Origin: Tubiluchus corallicola
Lineage: Eukaryota > Animalia > Priapulida
Direction of reading: 5' to 3'
DNA length: 64,000 bases
Assembly (NCBI GenBank): GCA_030141605.1
Contig: JAQGDQ010000371.1
Coordinates: 165,588 to 229,587 of the forward strand
A program made the translations under genes and the position numbers. The notes under the pieces are model-generated. The model did not search any database. It worked only from the letters and a program-made list of their open reading frames with translations, and had not been told where the DNA came from. Numbering within the stretch: the first letter of the stretch is position 1; each line of letters begins with the position of its first letter. Positions 1 to 12,009 of the stretch are shown here, piece by piece.

Positions 1-682
1 GGGCACGTTCATTTTAGACAAAAAATGACATCATCCGGATTCCGTGCAATATAAACACTTATCCCGCCAGGTGCTTCAGAATCTTTTTTAACTTATAAAG
101 CGAATTCTACAAACTAAGTAACCAGCCCGGCACCTACTACGTGCTCGCAAGTTTACATGCGTATCTAAAAGTCAGCAAAAGTCTGTAAATTAATTATTTG
201 CACAATTAATGTTAATTACTTACATTTTAGCGCGTAATCCTGTAGATTAAAGCAATGTAACGACTTAAAATTTCATCATAATTGATCGAATGATTAGTTT
301 CTAGATAAACACAGTTAAAAAAACATTAGAATAACAGAATTTCCAAGCAAACTGTAGAAATTTTGCAACGCGTACCTTCATCACAGCTTGCCTTCACGAC
401 ATTCAGACTGCCCTGCAGACACCAGATTACGTCATCTTTTTCAAATGTGCCGGCATCAATGTTCGTTTGCCGGGAGATAAGAAATATTTAAATTAAGCAA
501 AGCATTCTATGTGCATATTTTGTATTGTAATTTCAATATTTTTAATTGTACATTAAAATGCAATAAATGTTGTTCGAGGGTCGGTTCTTCAATTAGCAAC
601 AAAGTTGCTGTAAAGTATTCATACTAATTGCATGCAACTATTTCAATAGTGTTTTAATGATTATACATGCTTTATGTTTTAG

Positions 683-1410
683 AGCTACTTAGCGATCGAC
701 ATTTAAGATTAAGAAAACAATTGAGAGCAAAGCAGAGCAGTCCAATGAGTTTGCCCAGTCGTGAAGTCGCACTTTCACCACTCGATAAATGCAAACACAA
801 ACCGGAGAATCAGGAGTACATTACAATGACTTCTTCAAATAAATCATCTCATTCGCCACTGTCGCTTGATCTGAACACTAGACCAGAGTTCACTACTCCG
901 TACAAAGGTGGTCACGAAAAGGAAAATTACAAAGGTGGATCGCAAGCTGCCAGTAATAAAAAATCCAATGCTTTTGCTACACCTTACAAGCAGAGCTTTC
1001 AGCAGTCAGAGAACAGGAGTTCCACTGATGTTACTAATCTGTGTCATCAGAACACAGCTGTTTGCCCACTTTTTAAAAAACGTTCAAAATGTTGTGAGCA
1101 GGAGCAGAAGAGTGTTCCTGACCAAGCTGATGCTGTCAGTACATCAACTGTACCCGATGAACCCAGAGAGGAAATGATTGTTAAAACGGGCGAACAGGCA
1201 GAACCTAATATTTTAGATTTGCAAACTGAGACAGTGAGAAGACGTCGTATAGTTGCTAGGCTAGAACAAGAGATGAGAGCATCTAACAAGAAGAAGACGA
1301 AGATTCGAAGTAAACCTGGTTTGTGGATAAAATACAAACGTCGCAGTGACAGGCCGAGTCTAAACAAAGCACTTGGTCATCCCCTGCCGGGAGGATACTC
1401 TGCTAATTAT
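683..1410 (+). CDS. BRCA2: BRCA2 internal exon (region just before the DNA-binding domain; start could be 685)
   Basis: ttttag acceptor and tat|gtaag donor; ends KPGLWIKYKRRSDRPSLNKALGHPLPGGYS, resembling human [27 protein letters not shown]. Confidence 0.85.
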
Positions 1411-1547
1411 GTAAGAAATTTTGTGGTGTCAGTTATTATGATATTTATCTGATGTCAGTAACTGTTTTTTCTGTCACACTGATTAAGTGCTAGATGTCAC
1501 ATGTGCAAAAGTTGCTGAACATAATCAATATGTGATCAATTTTGACT

Positions 1548-1800
1548 GGGGGTATAGTTCTATGGTAGCGTACTCGTTTCCCGCCCCGAATGTCGATGGT
1601 TCAACCCCTGACCAAGTCATACCAAAGACTTAACGTCATGGTACCGTTGATTGTTCAACCGAGCACTTGTGTTTATCGCAGTAGCATGCGGGTAATAATG
1701 GAAATATCTACCTTGGAAATAAGTATTGGGCTACTTAAGGTGTTAACTCTGGACTGTGTCCTAAATGAAGTGCTAATATGTCATGCGTGCAAGCTTAGCC
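1548..1800 (+). mobile_element. Decayed tRNA-derived MetaSINE
   Basis: A/B-box-like head followed by Meta-domain-like GTCATACCAAAGACTT...ATGGTACC. Confidence 0.6.
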
Positions 1801-1972
1801 ATGCAATCTGCATTGCACATTGCATTTGTTAAATTTCATTTGACAGAAGGACAGTTCGCTTCGTATTCAGGTTATGGATAGTTCCAGTTGATCCCCAAAG
1901 GTCATTGGCCTATTAATTGTGACGTTTCGTGGCTAAGATATCTTTACTTTTGCTTGCATTTGAATTTTTCAA

Positions 1973-2132
1973 TACGCGGAATTCCGAGTTTTTGGAAGAC
2001 CAGTAGTGCCATTTTTGTAAATCGCGTAAATTCGTTGAGAAAATTTTTACGGACCCAGTACATTATTTCACAAGCTGACCACTAGTTGGCAGGCCATCAC
2101 TTTGTTTACATCTCGTACATCAGTGTAACCAC

Positions 2133-2163
<31 letters not shown>

Positions 2164-2422
2164 TACATAACCACAAAAATATAGAATCAATTGTGTGGAG
2201 TTATTTGAGTCAATTGCAGACAGTTTTTATATACTTTTGCACAGGAGCGGCCAGTACTTAGGCGTTTTTGAGACAATTAGGTATCATGTATCCTTGATAG
2301 TTGGATATTTTGAACAAGGTAACTGATATTTTAAGTCCACTTAGAGGTTCTGTATGGCCTACGCAGCCCCCAAACCCCCGGCCTGTTTCAGAGTTTTTTG
2401 CAATTTGTCATTCTCATCCCTG
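1973..2422 (+). mobile_element. Truncated copy of the MITE at 25937-26427
   Basis: High similarity over about 450 bp; keeps the right TIR ATTCTCATCCCTG. Confidence 0.85.
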
Positions 2423-2451
2423 CTTATTTTGCTTGTTTAATTCTTTTCCAG

Positions 2452-2633
2452 TTGCTCACAATGGGCGTGAATTCTTCTACAATGTTTGTTTCTCCTGCAG
2501 ACAATTATAGATTTGATTGTCGTGAACATTATAGCAGGAAACTGTGTGAAACTGAAGTAGGTGCCAGAGTGGGCGATGGTGCCATGTTGGTCTTTGCTGA
2601 TGACTGTACAGTAGGCACTGAAGAATTTACAAG
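2452..2633 (+). CDS. BRCA2: BRCA2 exon, helical domain
   Basis: LLTMGV...VGDGAMLVFADDCTVGTEEFTR matches LYTYGV...[22 protein letters not shown]; phase 0-2. Confidence 0.92.
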
Positions 2634-2839
2634 GTTGTTATTTTACCGTATTTTTACTTTAACAGTTACCAGCATTTAACAAACATAATTGCAATTATGA
2701 ATAGTATTTGTAAAACGATTTTTTAAGTAAAACAAATTGTTATTGTATTGACCTAAGTGTTTATTAGAGTTCTGTAGATCTGCATATATTAATTCTACTG
2801 GTATATATATATATATATTATATATATATATATATATAA

Positions 2840-3260
2840 GATTCGAGGCTACAGCTTCGACGACGGCACCATTTGCGACGATCTATACATCGAATGAAAG
2901 GTCTCGATCTAGTGTCGTGCCATTGGGGGCTTATATTTCGAATCGGGCCCACCGCGATGAATGGCCATTTTTCGGCTGTTTTTTGCAAAAGTTATACGTC
3001 TGAGATCTGAAGAACGGGAACGGGCCGTGGGTGGTGCTGGCAACGGATAGATGGCCCGTTCAGCGGTGGGTATCATAGGCATATTTAGAATTTGTGAGAG
3101 GGCCACGGCGTCCTGTAACGGGCGTTTTCCCGGACCCAACTCACGATTTTTTCGAAATTTTGGTCAAACAGCCTGCAGAAAAAACGCTCTAGCGGCGCCT
3201 GGTGGGACTCTCGGAAGGAGATATATAGCTCCTTAGAAAGAGAAAATATTCAGAAAAGGT
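2840..3260. mobile_element. Unclassified GC-rich interspersed repeat next to (TA)n
   Basis: Abrupt GC/CpG-rich block inside an AT-rich intron, with no BRCA2 similarity. Confidence 0.45.
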
Positions 3261-3401
3261 AGCTAATTGACAGCCTAGAATTGGTAGTAAGGGCGTTTGC
3301 TGTTAGTTCATTCATTATGCAAGTTTGCTGCTGATTTGCTATTACGTTTTTTCTAAAGTTATCAAAGTTTGAAACTTGCTAAATATTTAATCGATATTTA
3401 G

Positions 3402-3530
3402 AGCATTTCTGGATCTTGAAGGAGTAGAGCCTAGACTAATTTCACCTGACTGGATATCCAATCACTACCGGTTCATTGTCTGGAAATTAGCGGCACTGGA
3501 GAAATCTTTTCCAAATACATTTGCTGGAAG
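3402..3530 (+). CDS. BRCA2: BRCA2 exon, helical domain
   Basis: AFLDLEGVEPRLISPDWISNHYRFIVWKLAALEKSFP carries the NHYRWIIWKL signature; not in ORF track. Confidence 0.96.
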
Positions 3531-3868
3531 GTTAGCTATTTAATTCATTTGAGTAACATTTCTTGTAAACTTCTGGTTTCTGTGAAATGATATTGTTTTA
3601 ACTTTACTGACGTAATTCGGTAAATAAAATAATGATTTTCGAGCTCTGCATTAGACCGAAATACTCGTTAATACGTTGGGAGAATTGGCTTGAATGACAT
3701 TGTGTTCCAGTTTTCTTAGATGCCAGAGCGGTTAAACAAAAAAAACGCAAAGCACAATGACAATGTCAAATTTGACACCAATCCACTCATTTCTGTAGCC
3801 AAATGGAAACTGTTAATTTCCTTGAAACAATAACACTTGAGTGTCCATTGATTTTTGTTTCTTTTTAG

Positions 3869-3940
3869 TTGCCTAACACCAGAAATGGTAATGCTACAAC
3901 TCAAGTATAGATATGACATTGAGATAGACCAAGCCAAAAG
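3869..3940 (+). CDS. BRCA2: BRCA2 exon, end of helical domain
   Basis: CLTPEMVMLQLKYRYDIEIDQAKR (QLKYRYD signature). Confidence 0.96.
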
Positions 3941-4119
3941 GTAACAAAACTGTCTATAATTACAATTAACTATAAGCCATTGCTTGCTGAAATGCTGAAA
4001 AACTTTACATTTTCATTCATTTTACTTTTACCGTAGTTGTCGTTACTAGTGTAGTAACGTCTGTCTTTCATTGTATTCTTTCTTTCTGCTCAGATTTATT
4101 CCTTCTTTTTTGATTGCAG

Positions 4120-4372
4120 ACCGGCTTTACGTAAAATCACGGAACGTGACGATGTTCCAGGAAAAACGATGGTCTTATGTGTGAGCAAAATTGCACCTGA
4201 ACAAAGTCCCACACCGGTTATTGAAGTTACGGACGGTTGGTATGGAATCAGGTGCCAGTTGGATGTGCGTCTTGGCAAACTGTTGCAAGTTGGTAAAATC
4301 CGCTTGGGAGATAAGTTGTGTGTCCACGGAGCCGAGTTGTCTGGACCTCCAGATGGTTGCCACCCATTAGAA
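4120..4372 (+). CDS. BRCA2: BRCA2 exon, OB1
   Basis: RPALRKITERDD...MVLCVS...IEVTDGWYGI...HGAEL...CHPLE. Confidence 0.97.
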
Positions 4373-4723
4373 GTACGTTTACTTTATACATTTCTTTGAC
4401 TTTTTTCCCTGTCGGCAAATTCTTGGAACCGGTTATTGTTAAACTGGCAAGTTGTCGAAGGGTGCTAGAAATGAGAGGAATAAATGAATTTTCCTGGGAT
4501 ACTGAGTCTAAATTAAAAAAGTTTGGCGGCTAACTTTGTTAAAACAAATAAAACAAATGTAATTGTGCAGACTTTTTCAAATTGATTTACTAAAATGGAT
4601 TCAGCCTTTAATACTTTTGTAATCTTTGTCAATAAATGCTAAAGCATGCTTTGCACGATGCACCATGCGAACTTGTTTCTTTGTTTATTGTTAAATTATT
4701 GTTAAACTAACAGAAACCATAAC

Positions 4724-5534
4724 AATCAATTTGTTAAGTGGGTTAAGGTGTTAGGGTGAATTCAAGATTGCATAATCAATTTGTTAAGTAGGATAAGGTG
4801 TTAGGGTGAATTCACGATTGTATAATCAATTTGTTAAGTGGGTTAAGGTGTTAGGGTGAATTCACGATTGTATAATCAATTTGTTAAGTGGGTTAAGGTG
4901 TTAGGGTGAATTCAAGATTGCATAATCAATTTGTTAAGTGGGTTAAGGTGTTAGGGTGAATTCACGATTGTATAATCAATTTGTTGAGCGGGTTAAGGTG
5001 TTAGGGTGAATTCACGATTGTATAATCAATTTGTTAAGTAGGTTAAGGTGTTAGGGTGAATTCACGATTGCATAATCAATTTGTTAAGTGGGTTAACGTG
5101 TTAGGGTGAATTCACGATTGTATAATCAATTTGTTAAGTAGGTTAAGGTGTTAGGGTGAATTCAAGATTGTATAATCAATTTGTTAAGTGGGTTAAGGTG
5201 TTAGGGTGAATTCAAGATTGCATAATCAATTTGTTAAGTAGGATAAGGTGTTAGGGTGAATTCATGATTGTATAATCAATTTGTTAAGTGGGTTAAGGTG
5301 TTAGGGTGAATTCACGATTGTATAATCAATTTGTTAAGTGGGTTAAGGTGTTAGGGTGAATTCAAGATTGCATAATCAATTTGTTAAGTAGGATAAGGTG
5401 TTAGGGTGAATTCACGATTGTATAATCAATTTGTTAAGTGGGTTAAGGTGTTAGGGTGAATTCAAGATTGCATAATCAATTTGTTAAGTAGGTTAAGGTG
5501 TTAGGGTGAATTCACGATTGCATAATCAATTTGT
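4724..5534. repeat. Minisatellite, 50-bp unit, about 16 copies
   Basis: AATCAATTTGTTAAGTGGGTTAAGGTGTTAGGGTGAATTCACGATTGTAT. Confidence 0.97.
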
Positions 5535-5758
5535 AAATATGGCTCATGGCTGGCATCATATATTTTTGATGCAGAAGTCACGTATTTTCAATATATTTTT
5601 AGCCGCATCTGTAAGATACTTTTCTTTCTGCATAGATACTCTTATGTAGTGGTTTGATAACTTTGTCAGGTCAAAAGACAGCTCGATTTGCACATTTTTC
5701 AAAGCACTAGTGCTCTGAGTTCCATCAGTCTAATTTAATTTTTTTATTTTTTAAACAG

Positions 5759-5938
5759 GCTCCGCCAGATTTGTTTTTAAAGTTGTCCGCGAATTCTACT
5801 AGAAGAGCCAAATGGTTCGCAAGGCTCGGTTTTCTTAGAGATCCGAAACCGTTTGTTGTTCCTTTGTCTTCTCTTTATCCTGATGGAGGCTTAGTCAGCT
5901 GCGTTGATGCTGTTGTATTACGCGTCTACCCTTTCCAG
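5759..5938 (+). CDS. BRCA2: BRCA2 exon, OB1/OB2
   Basis: LKLSANSTRRAKWFARLGF...PLSSLYPDGG...RVYPFQ. Confidence 0.97.
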
Positions 5939-6059
5939 GTATGTTTGCTTGTGTTGACGTATATTGTAAAATTCAGTCTCCCAAAACGTGATCTACAGAT
6001 CAGGATCATAGAAGATGACAAAACAGTTTGTGACCGAAGTACATTTTATATATGATCAT

Positions 6060-7690
6060 TTTTTCTGCTACCCTGCAGTCTCTTTTGGACAGGCCTGTAT
6101 CTTGTGTTCTGAACTTATCTTGTTATAAGTTCCATAGCTACTGTCACAGTTACTACGGAAGTCAAACCTGGAAATTCGATAGTAAAATTTCTAAATTAAG
6201 TACAGCTTGGAATGTTGCAGTAAGAAAACTTTGGAATTTGTCGTTTACATCACACAGATACTGTTTTACTTTTATATGCGATATTGTTTCCCTAGTTAAA
6301 CAACTACAAAAACGATTTGTCAGATTTTACCATAGTTGCTTATATAGTGAATATCGTATAGCCAATTTCATGCATCTTCTGTAATTGGTTATAATTTGTA
6401 TCTATTTGCAACGAGTGCAAAACTTTTTACACAAATGAAAATTTTCTTTCTAAAGTTTTTTCTTGTACATTAGATGTAAAAGGTAATGCTAGCGATAAAC
6501 AAATACCGACTGTAAATTTCATTAAAGAATCATTAAAGAAGTTATGTGGGCTCTAGAACGTAATTTGTAGCACGTATTACCGCATTGGTAGTGTATCATT
6601 ACCACGTATTACCTCGTTGGTAGTATATTATTACCATGTTAGTAGTGTATTATTACCACGTATTACCTCATTGGTAGTGTATTATTACCACGTATTACAA
6701 CATTGGTAGTATATTATTACCATGTTAGTGGTGTATTATTACCACGTATTACCAAAACGTTGGTACTGTATTATTACCACGTATTACCACGTTGGTAGTG
6801 TATTATTACCACGTATTGCCACGTTGGTAGTGTATTATTACCACGTATTACCACGTTGGTAGTATATTATTACCATGTTAGTAGTGTATTATTACCACGT
6901 ATTACCACGTTAGTAGTGTATTATTCCCACATATTACCACATTGGTAGTTTATTATTACCACGTATTGCCACATTGGTAGTGTATTATTACCACGTATTA
7001 CCACATTGGTAGTTTATTATTACCATGTATTACCACATTGGTAGTGTATTATTACCACGTATTACCACATTGGTAGTTTATTATTACCACGTATTACCAC
7101 ATTGGTAGTGTATTATTCCCACATATTACCACATTGGTAGTTTATTATTACCACGTATTACCACATTGGTAGTGTATTATTACCACGTATTACCACATTG
7201 GTAGTTTATTATTACCACGTATTACCACATTGGTAGTGTATTATTACCACGTATTACCACATTGGTAGTGTATTATTACCACGTATTACCACATTGGTAG
7301 TTTATTATTACCACGTATTACCACATTGGTAGTGTATTATTACCACGTATTACCACATTGGTAGTTTATTATTACCACGTATTACCACATTAGTAGTGTA
7401 TTATTACCACGTATTACCACATTAGTAGTGTATTATTACCACGTATTACCACATTAGTAGTGTATTATTACCACGTATTACCACATTGGTAGTGTATTAT
7501 TACCACGTAGAACGTAACTCTAGAACGTTTTGATTTTTTTGACAGGAATGAGTTGTACACCATACTAACATATCTTACTCTCACGTAGTTGTAAATATTC
7601 ACATTGCTTGCTATCTCGTTAATTAATGTTACTTTGCTTGTTGATCTGCTTGTTTATTTGAAGTGATTGTACACGAGTATGAATAAAAAT
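6060..7690 (+). mobile_element. LINE (L2/CR1-group) 3' fragment split by a minisatellite
   Basis: YCHSYYGSQTW...AWNVAVRKLWNL, typical of an RT C-terminus; resumes after 7517. Confidence 0.65.
6570..7507. repeat. Minisatellite, about 32-bp unit, about 29 copies
   Basis: TATTATTACCACGTATTACCACATTGGTAGTG. Confidence 0.96.
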
Positions 7691-7875
7691 GATAAATATA
7701 TATAAAGTCCATTTCACACTGTGTATATACGAGCAGTTTCTTTTACTCACTCACAAGCAATATCAAATAATTGTTCTTGCCTTTAGCCTCCTTTGACCAC
7801 TCCTTATTTCTGATTCATGCAGTGCAAATTTTATGATGTCTGTAAAGTTGCTTGTGATGTTTTTGTGCTTTCTAG

Positions 7876-8029
7876 TACTTGGAAAAATATGCAGATGGCA
7901 GCAGCGTGTTTCTTAGTGAAAGAGCAGAGCAGAGAGCTGCGGCTGCATATTCTCAGCAGAAACAGAAGAGAGTAGAACGACTCTATGCAGAGATTGAACG
8001 GAAATTTTCAGAAAATAGCTCGCAAGGTG
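7876..8029 (+). CDS. BRCA2: BRCA2 exon, tower helix
   Basis: YLEKYADGSSVFLSERAEQRAAAAY...; donor gtgagt at 8030. Confidence 0.93.
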
Positions 8030-8817
8030 GTGAGTTTAGTTACTGGTCTAAAGTGATTGTAAGAGTGACTTCACTAATTAAATGAAGAATAATTTGACGC
8101 CATCTTGATAACTCGGTTTTTCCACTGGTCCAAGTTTGGTATGTTATCAAGCACATCTTGAATCCGATAAAATGCGATAAAAAATCCTTGAAAAACGTTT
8201 CGTGGCAATTTTTTGTGGCAAGGTGATTTCTTCATGTATGCAGCTGCTATAGAGGCATTTGTAAGGCTCACATCTACGAGCTGCCCAGTTTCTCTTTTTC
8301 CAAAGAGCAACAACATTTTACTCCAAGACCCCCTCCACCAAGCACCTTTAGTACATTTTTCTTACACGTGTTCCTCTAGGAATGGTGAATGCAATACTTC
8401 CAAAATGGTCATTTTTTGTCATTGCTGTAACACCCTGTAGAAAAAACATCCTAGTAGTGTTTGTGAGGGTTTTGGTAAAATGAGAAACCTGGCTATACGG
8501 CGATGTGTGGTTCCTTTTTACAAATGCCTTTACAAGGATGAGGCATTGCAAGTTAATTATGGAGAACGTTTTTACTGGACAACCCTGTATTTCTGTCCAC
8601 CATAACACCTAGTGTTTTATTACTTATTTAGTAGTCTAATAGTTCTGGTGTTAAAATTGTAATTAAAAACCCTTAAAAATAGGCAGTCGCGGCTTTTCAT
8701 GTTCATGTTCTAATGTGTATCCTTCCAAAAATTAAGAAGAATTTGCGTGTTCATTCCAATACTGTAACTTTATAGACTTGCGCATTTTTGCCATCTCGGC
8801 ACTGTACAATTAACTTG

Positions 8818-10056
8818 CAGAGGTGGCTTCAGAAACGCAAAATCTCGTTTTTTATTATTTCGTTGAATTTTTCTTACTTTTGTTTGAATTCATATGGTAT
8901 TTGATATCTTATAATAATCTAAGTATGTGTTGCATACTTAAGTATCCACCTTAGGGGTTTGCCATCAATGTAAAGGTGGCTAAAGCTTATTCTAGTTAAT
9001 AATGTTAAACAAAGTTCTTAGGTTGTCTTACTTTAAACATCACTAATATGAGAAATTGTTCAAAAATGTAAACTGTCCTGGCTATAGGGACAAAATATCG
9101 GAAATTTATATGAAAAAGGCCTGGTGAGGAAAGTTGACCATATTAACAGTAAAAAGAGTTATCTGGAACATTGTAATCAAAAATTCTTTCCAAAACAGGG
9201 TGTTCAGGGTATATCATAGCTAGGCTTTGTACGGCAGTTTTGATAATTGCTACTGTAGTCTATGAATTTAGGCTGTATCAGACCTGGTCAGTTAATGGAT
9301 GAGTGATTTCGTTTGCAATACTGGTTCTCACTGTATTTTGTGTTGAGAGGAGATGTATAAATATGACCAGACATAGCTGGACAGTTCTCTGACCTCTTTA
9401 GCATTTCAATCTAAAGGATTATTCTCATCAGTAAACTAGCTTTCATAAACTTTCAGTAATTCAATGTTAATTGTAGGCCTTGTTGTTAATAGTTGTATTT
9501 TTGGTGACCATGTGTCATACTGTTTTATAAAAATTGACAAAGTCAAAGGTATTTCATACTATTTCGAGCAACATAACAGTGAATATTGAAAAGTCTGAAG
9601 AACTTGTTTCATCTCTTAGTAGAGACATCCTAGGAATAGATACGTGCCGCACAAAGGCTAACTATGATATACCCTGAACACCCTGTTTTGGAAAGAATTT
9701 TTGATTACAATATTCCAGACAATTCTTTTTATTATTAATATGGTCAACTTTCCTCACCAGACTTTTTTCACATAAATTTCCCCGTATTTTGTCCCTATAG
9801 CCAGGACAGTTTTCATTTTTGAACAATTTCTCATATTCGTGATGTTTAAAGTAAGACAAGCTAAGAACTTTGTTTAACATCATTAACTAGAATAAACTTT
9901 AGCTATCTTTACATTGATGGCAAACCCCTAAGGTGGATACTTAAGTACGCAACACATATTTAGATTATTATAAGATATCATATGAATTCAAACAAAAGTA
10001 AGAAAAATTCAACGAAATAATAAAAACGAGATTTTGTGTTTCTGAAGCCATCTCTG
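8818..10056. repeat. Long inverted repeat
   Basis: Arms at 8818-9237 and 9645-10056 are reverse complements with scattered mismatches. Confidence 0.92.
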
Positions 10057-10408
10057 GGATGGCTTCAGTATTAGAAAAATTTTGCAGCATACTATTTGTT
10101 TATTAAACTAAAACACCTTTACAATTACATAGTAAGATATACTACATACAATTATACAAACTGAAAACAAAAATTACTACAATTACTTGTCAAGTAAGCA
10201 GACAATTATTAGTGAAAAAATGATGTAACTGCTTGCAGCTGAGATAAAAGCTGAAACTTGGGAAGCCCAGCTGCAATACATGGTGTGTTCTTAGGTGTTA
10301 GGGGCAGGATAAAAGAGATGCCCAATGAAAAGAACTATTACTATGAACTATGAATTTATTTTCACACATCAAAATACAATATCAAACGCATTAATAAAGT
10401 TTAAATAA

Positions 10409-10688
10409 AATAATTTGAGTAGTGCGTGGTGAGTGTACGACCATACGATCATTAACGCACTCACCTTGCTTAAATGAAAAAATGATTATAGTTATGCATG
10501 CTTCTGTAGATAACTTAATGTAAATAAGGATGAAGTAAATAATGTAATAATTTGAGTAGTGCGATGTGAGTGTACGACCATACGGTCATTAACATACTCA
10601 CCTTGCTTAAATGAAAAAATGATTATAGTTATGCATGCTTCTGTAGATAACTCAATGTAAATAAGGATGAAGTAAATGATGTAATAAT
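10409..10688. repeat. About 139-bp tandem duplication
   Basis: AATAATTTGAGTAGTGCG...GGATGAAGTAAAT present twice. Confidence 0.85.
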
Positions 10689-10865
10689 GACGACATGAAG
10701 GTATTATTAGGGTGTAAGTAAGTAATGTAAGTAGAATAGAACAAAAAAAAGCTAAAAATTATTTAAAAAAATTAAAAAAAAGGTATTGTAGCTAAAATAC
10801 AGTAAAGCAAAGGTTTCTTAGGTTTTGTTAGACATTAACCTGCTTAGTCGTTTTTCAATATGCAG

Positions 10866-10981
10866 GTGATATAGTGAGCAAAGGCAGAAAAGCTTTTACC
10901 AAAACTGATGTTCAACAATTGCAAGGCGGGGATGAAATCTACGAGGCACTGAAAAGCTCGGCTGATCCGGAATTTGTCGAG
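10866..10981 (+). CDS. BRCA2: BRCA2 exon, three-helix bundle
   Basis: VQQLQGGDEIYEALKSSADPEFVE matches [24 protein letters not shown]; phase 1-0. Confidence 0.92.
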
Positions 10982-11094
10982 GTTTGTAAATGTAATTAGT
11001 TTACGCGTATGTTCCAATCTACGAGGCACTGAAAAGCTCGGCTGATCCGGAATTTGTCGAGGTTTGTAAATGTAATGAGTTTGCGCGTATGTTC
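10936..11094 (+). repeat. 80-bp tandem duplication of a BRCA2 exon end and donor site
   Basis: AATCTACGAGGCACTG...GTCGAG|GTTTGTAAATG...GTATGTTC present twice, 2 mismatches. Confidence 0.93.
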
Positions 11095-11476
11095 AACTGC
11101 TGAGTGTAAAAGAAATTCTGCAATCATATCAAAATTCATTGTTTCGATAGTAACGCAGGTTCTGTAATGATGGGACTGTATTCTTGTATTGAATTTTGTG
11201 TAGAATTTAGTACCTACTGAAGTTTGATGCTTTCTTCAGAGTATTGTAATCTGCTTAACACCATTGTTATATTTAGATAGTGCTACGGTGCTGTGAATTT
11301 CATTACCCAATCATGGCGCTCATTCTTACTTTATGGTAAATTTTGCGTACACGTGAAATTTGTGTCTGTACTTCATAACTGATGGTTAGACAATCTCCAT
11401 GTACAATCTTGTTGAGATTCCGCGCCACTTATGCCTTCGAAAACACATAGATTCCATTGTTAATAAGTTACACTGT

Positions 11477-11588
11477 CCCAATCACGTTGAAAACACCGGT
11501 TCTCGCCTGATCACCGAAGTTAAGCAACATAGAGCCTGGTTAGTACTTGGATGGGTGACCGCCTAGGAATACCAGGTGCTGTAGGCTT
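11477..11588 (+). rRNA. 5S rRNA-derived head of the SINE (5'-clipped pseudo-copy)
   Basis: CACGTTGAAAACACCGGTTCTC...GAAGTTAAGC...AGTACTTGGATGGGTGACC...GCTGTAGGCTT. Confidence 0.85.
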
Positions 11589-12009
11589 GCGGGATGCCCA
11601 CACTGTATCTCGACACTAGGCGGAGGTGCTGCACAAGCAGCCAACGGCTACAGGGCAGAGGAGGTCAAGTGACCCAACGGCCATGTGTAGAGGAGTAAAC
11701 CTTCCAAATCAGGAGTGGAGCTCCGAAGGCGGACCAGTGCAGCATGCTCACTGACTGCTGCAGCCAACCTGGTGCCAAACGTATCGCTCCGCTTTCCTTT
11801 GGACTACACCAGTGAGGAAGAGAGGGGGTTCCTGTTGTCTGGGCAACTCAGGATCTACATACACCTTGCCCAGGCGTGTGCCCTGGAGACGTTCAAGGAT
11901 CGGACTGCTCAGCCACAGTCGACGCTGCAGCTCCATCAATGTGATCAATAACTGACTCTCTTGGCGCACACTCCATTGTCTTCCGAGACAGAAGGATGCC
12001 AACCAACCA
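11477..12009 (+). mobile_element. 5S rRNA-derived SINE (SINE3) with RTE-type 3' tail
   Basis: 5S head with no T-terminator, RTE C-terminal peptide RIGLLSHSRRC at 11896-11955, (CCAA)n tail, 7-bp TSD ACACTGT. Confidence 0.85.

Noticed and set aside
1-480. MITE with degenerate inverted ends
   Set aside because: Similarity is loose and the left end is cut by the window, so no TSD can be checked
11477-11588. Functional 5S rRNA gene
   Set aside because: 5' end clipped, no T-run terminator, continues into a retroposon body and is flanked by a TSD
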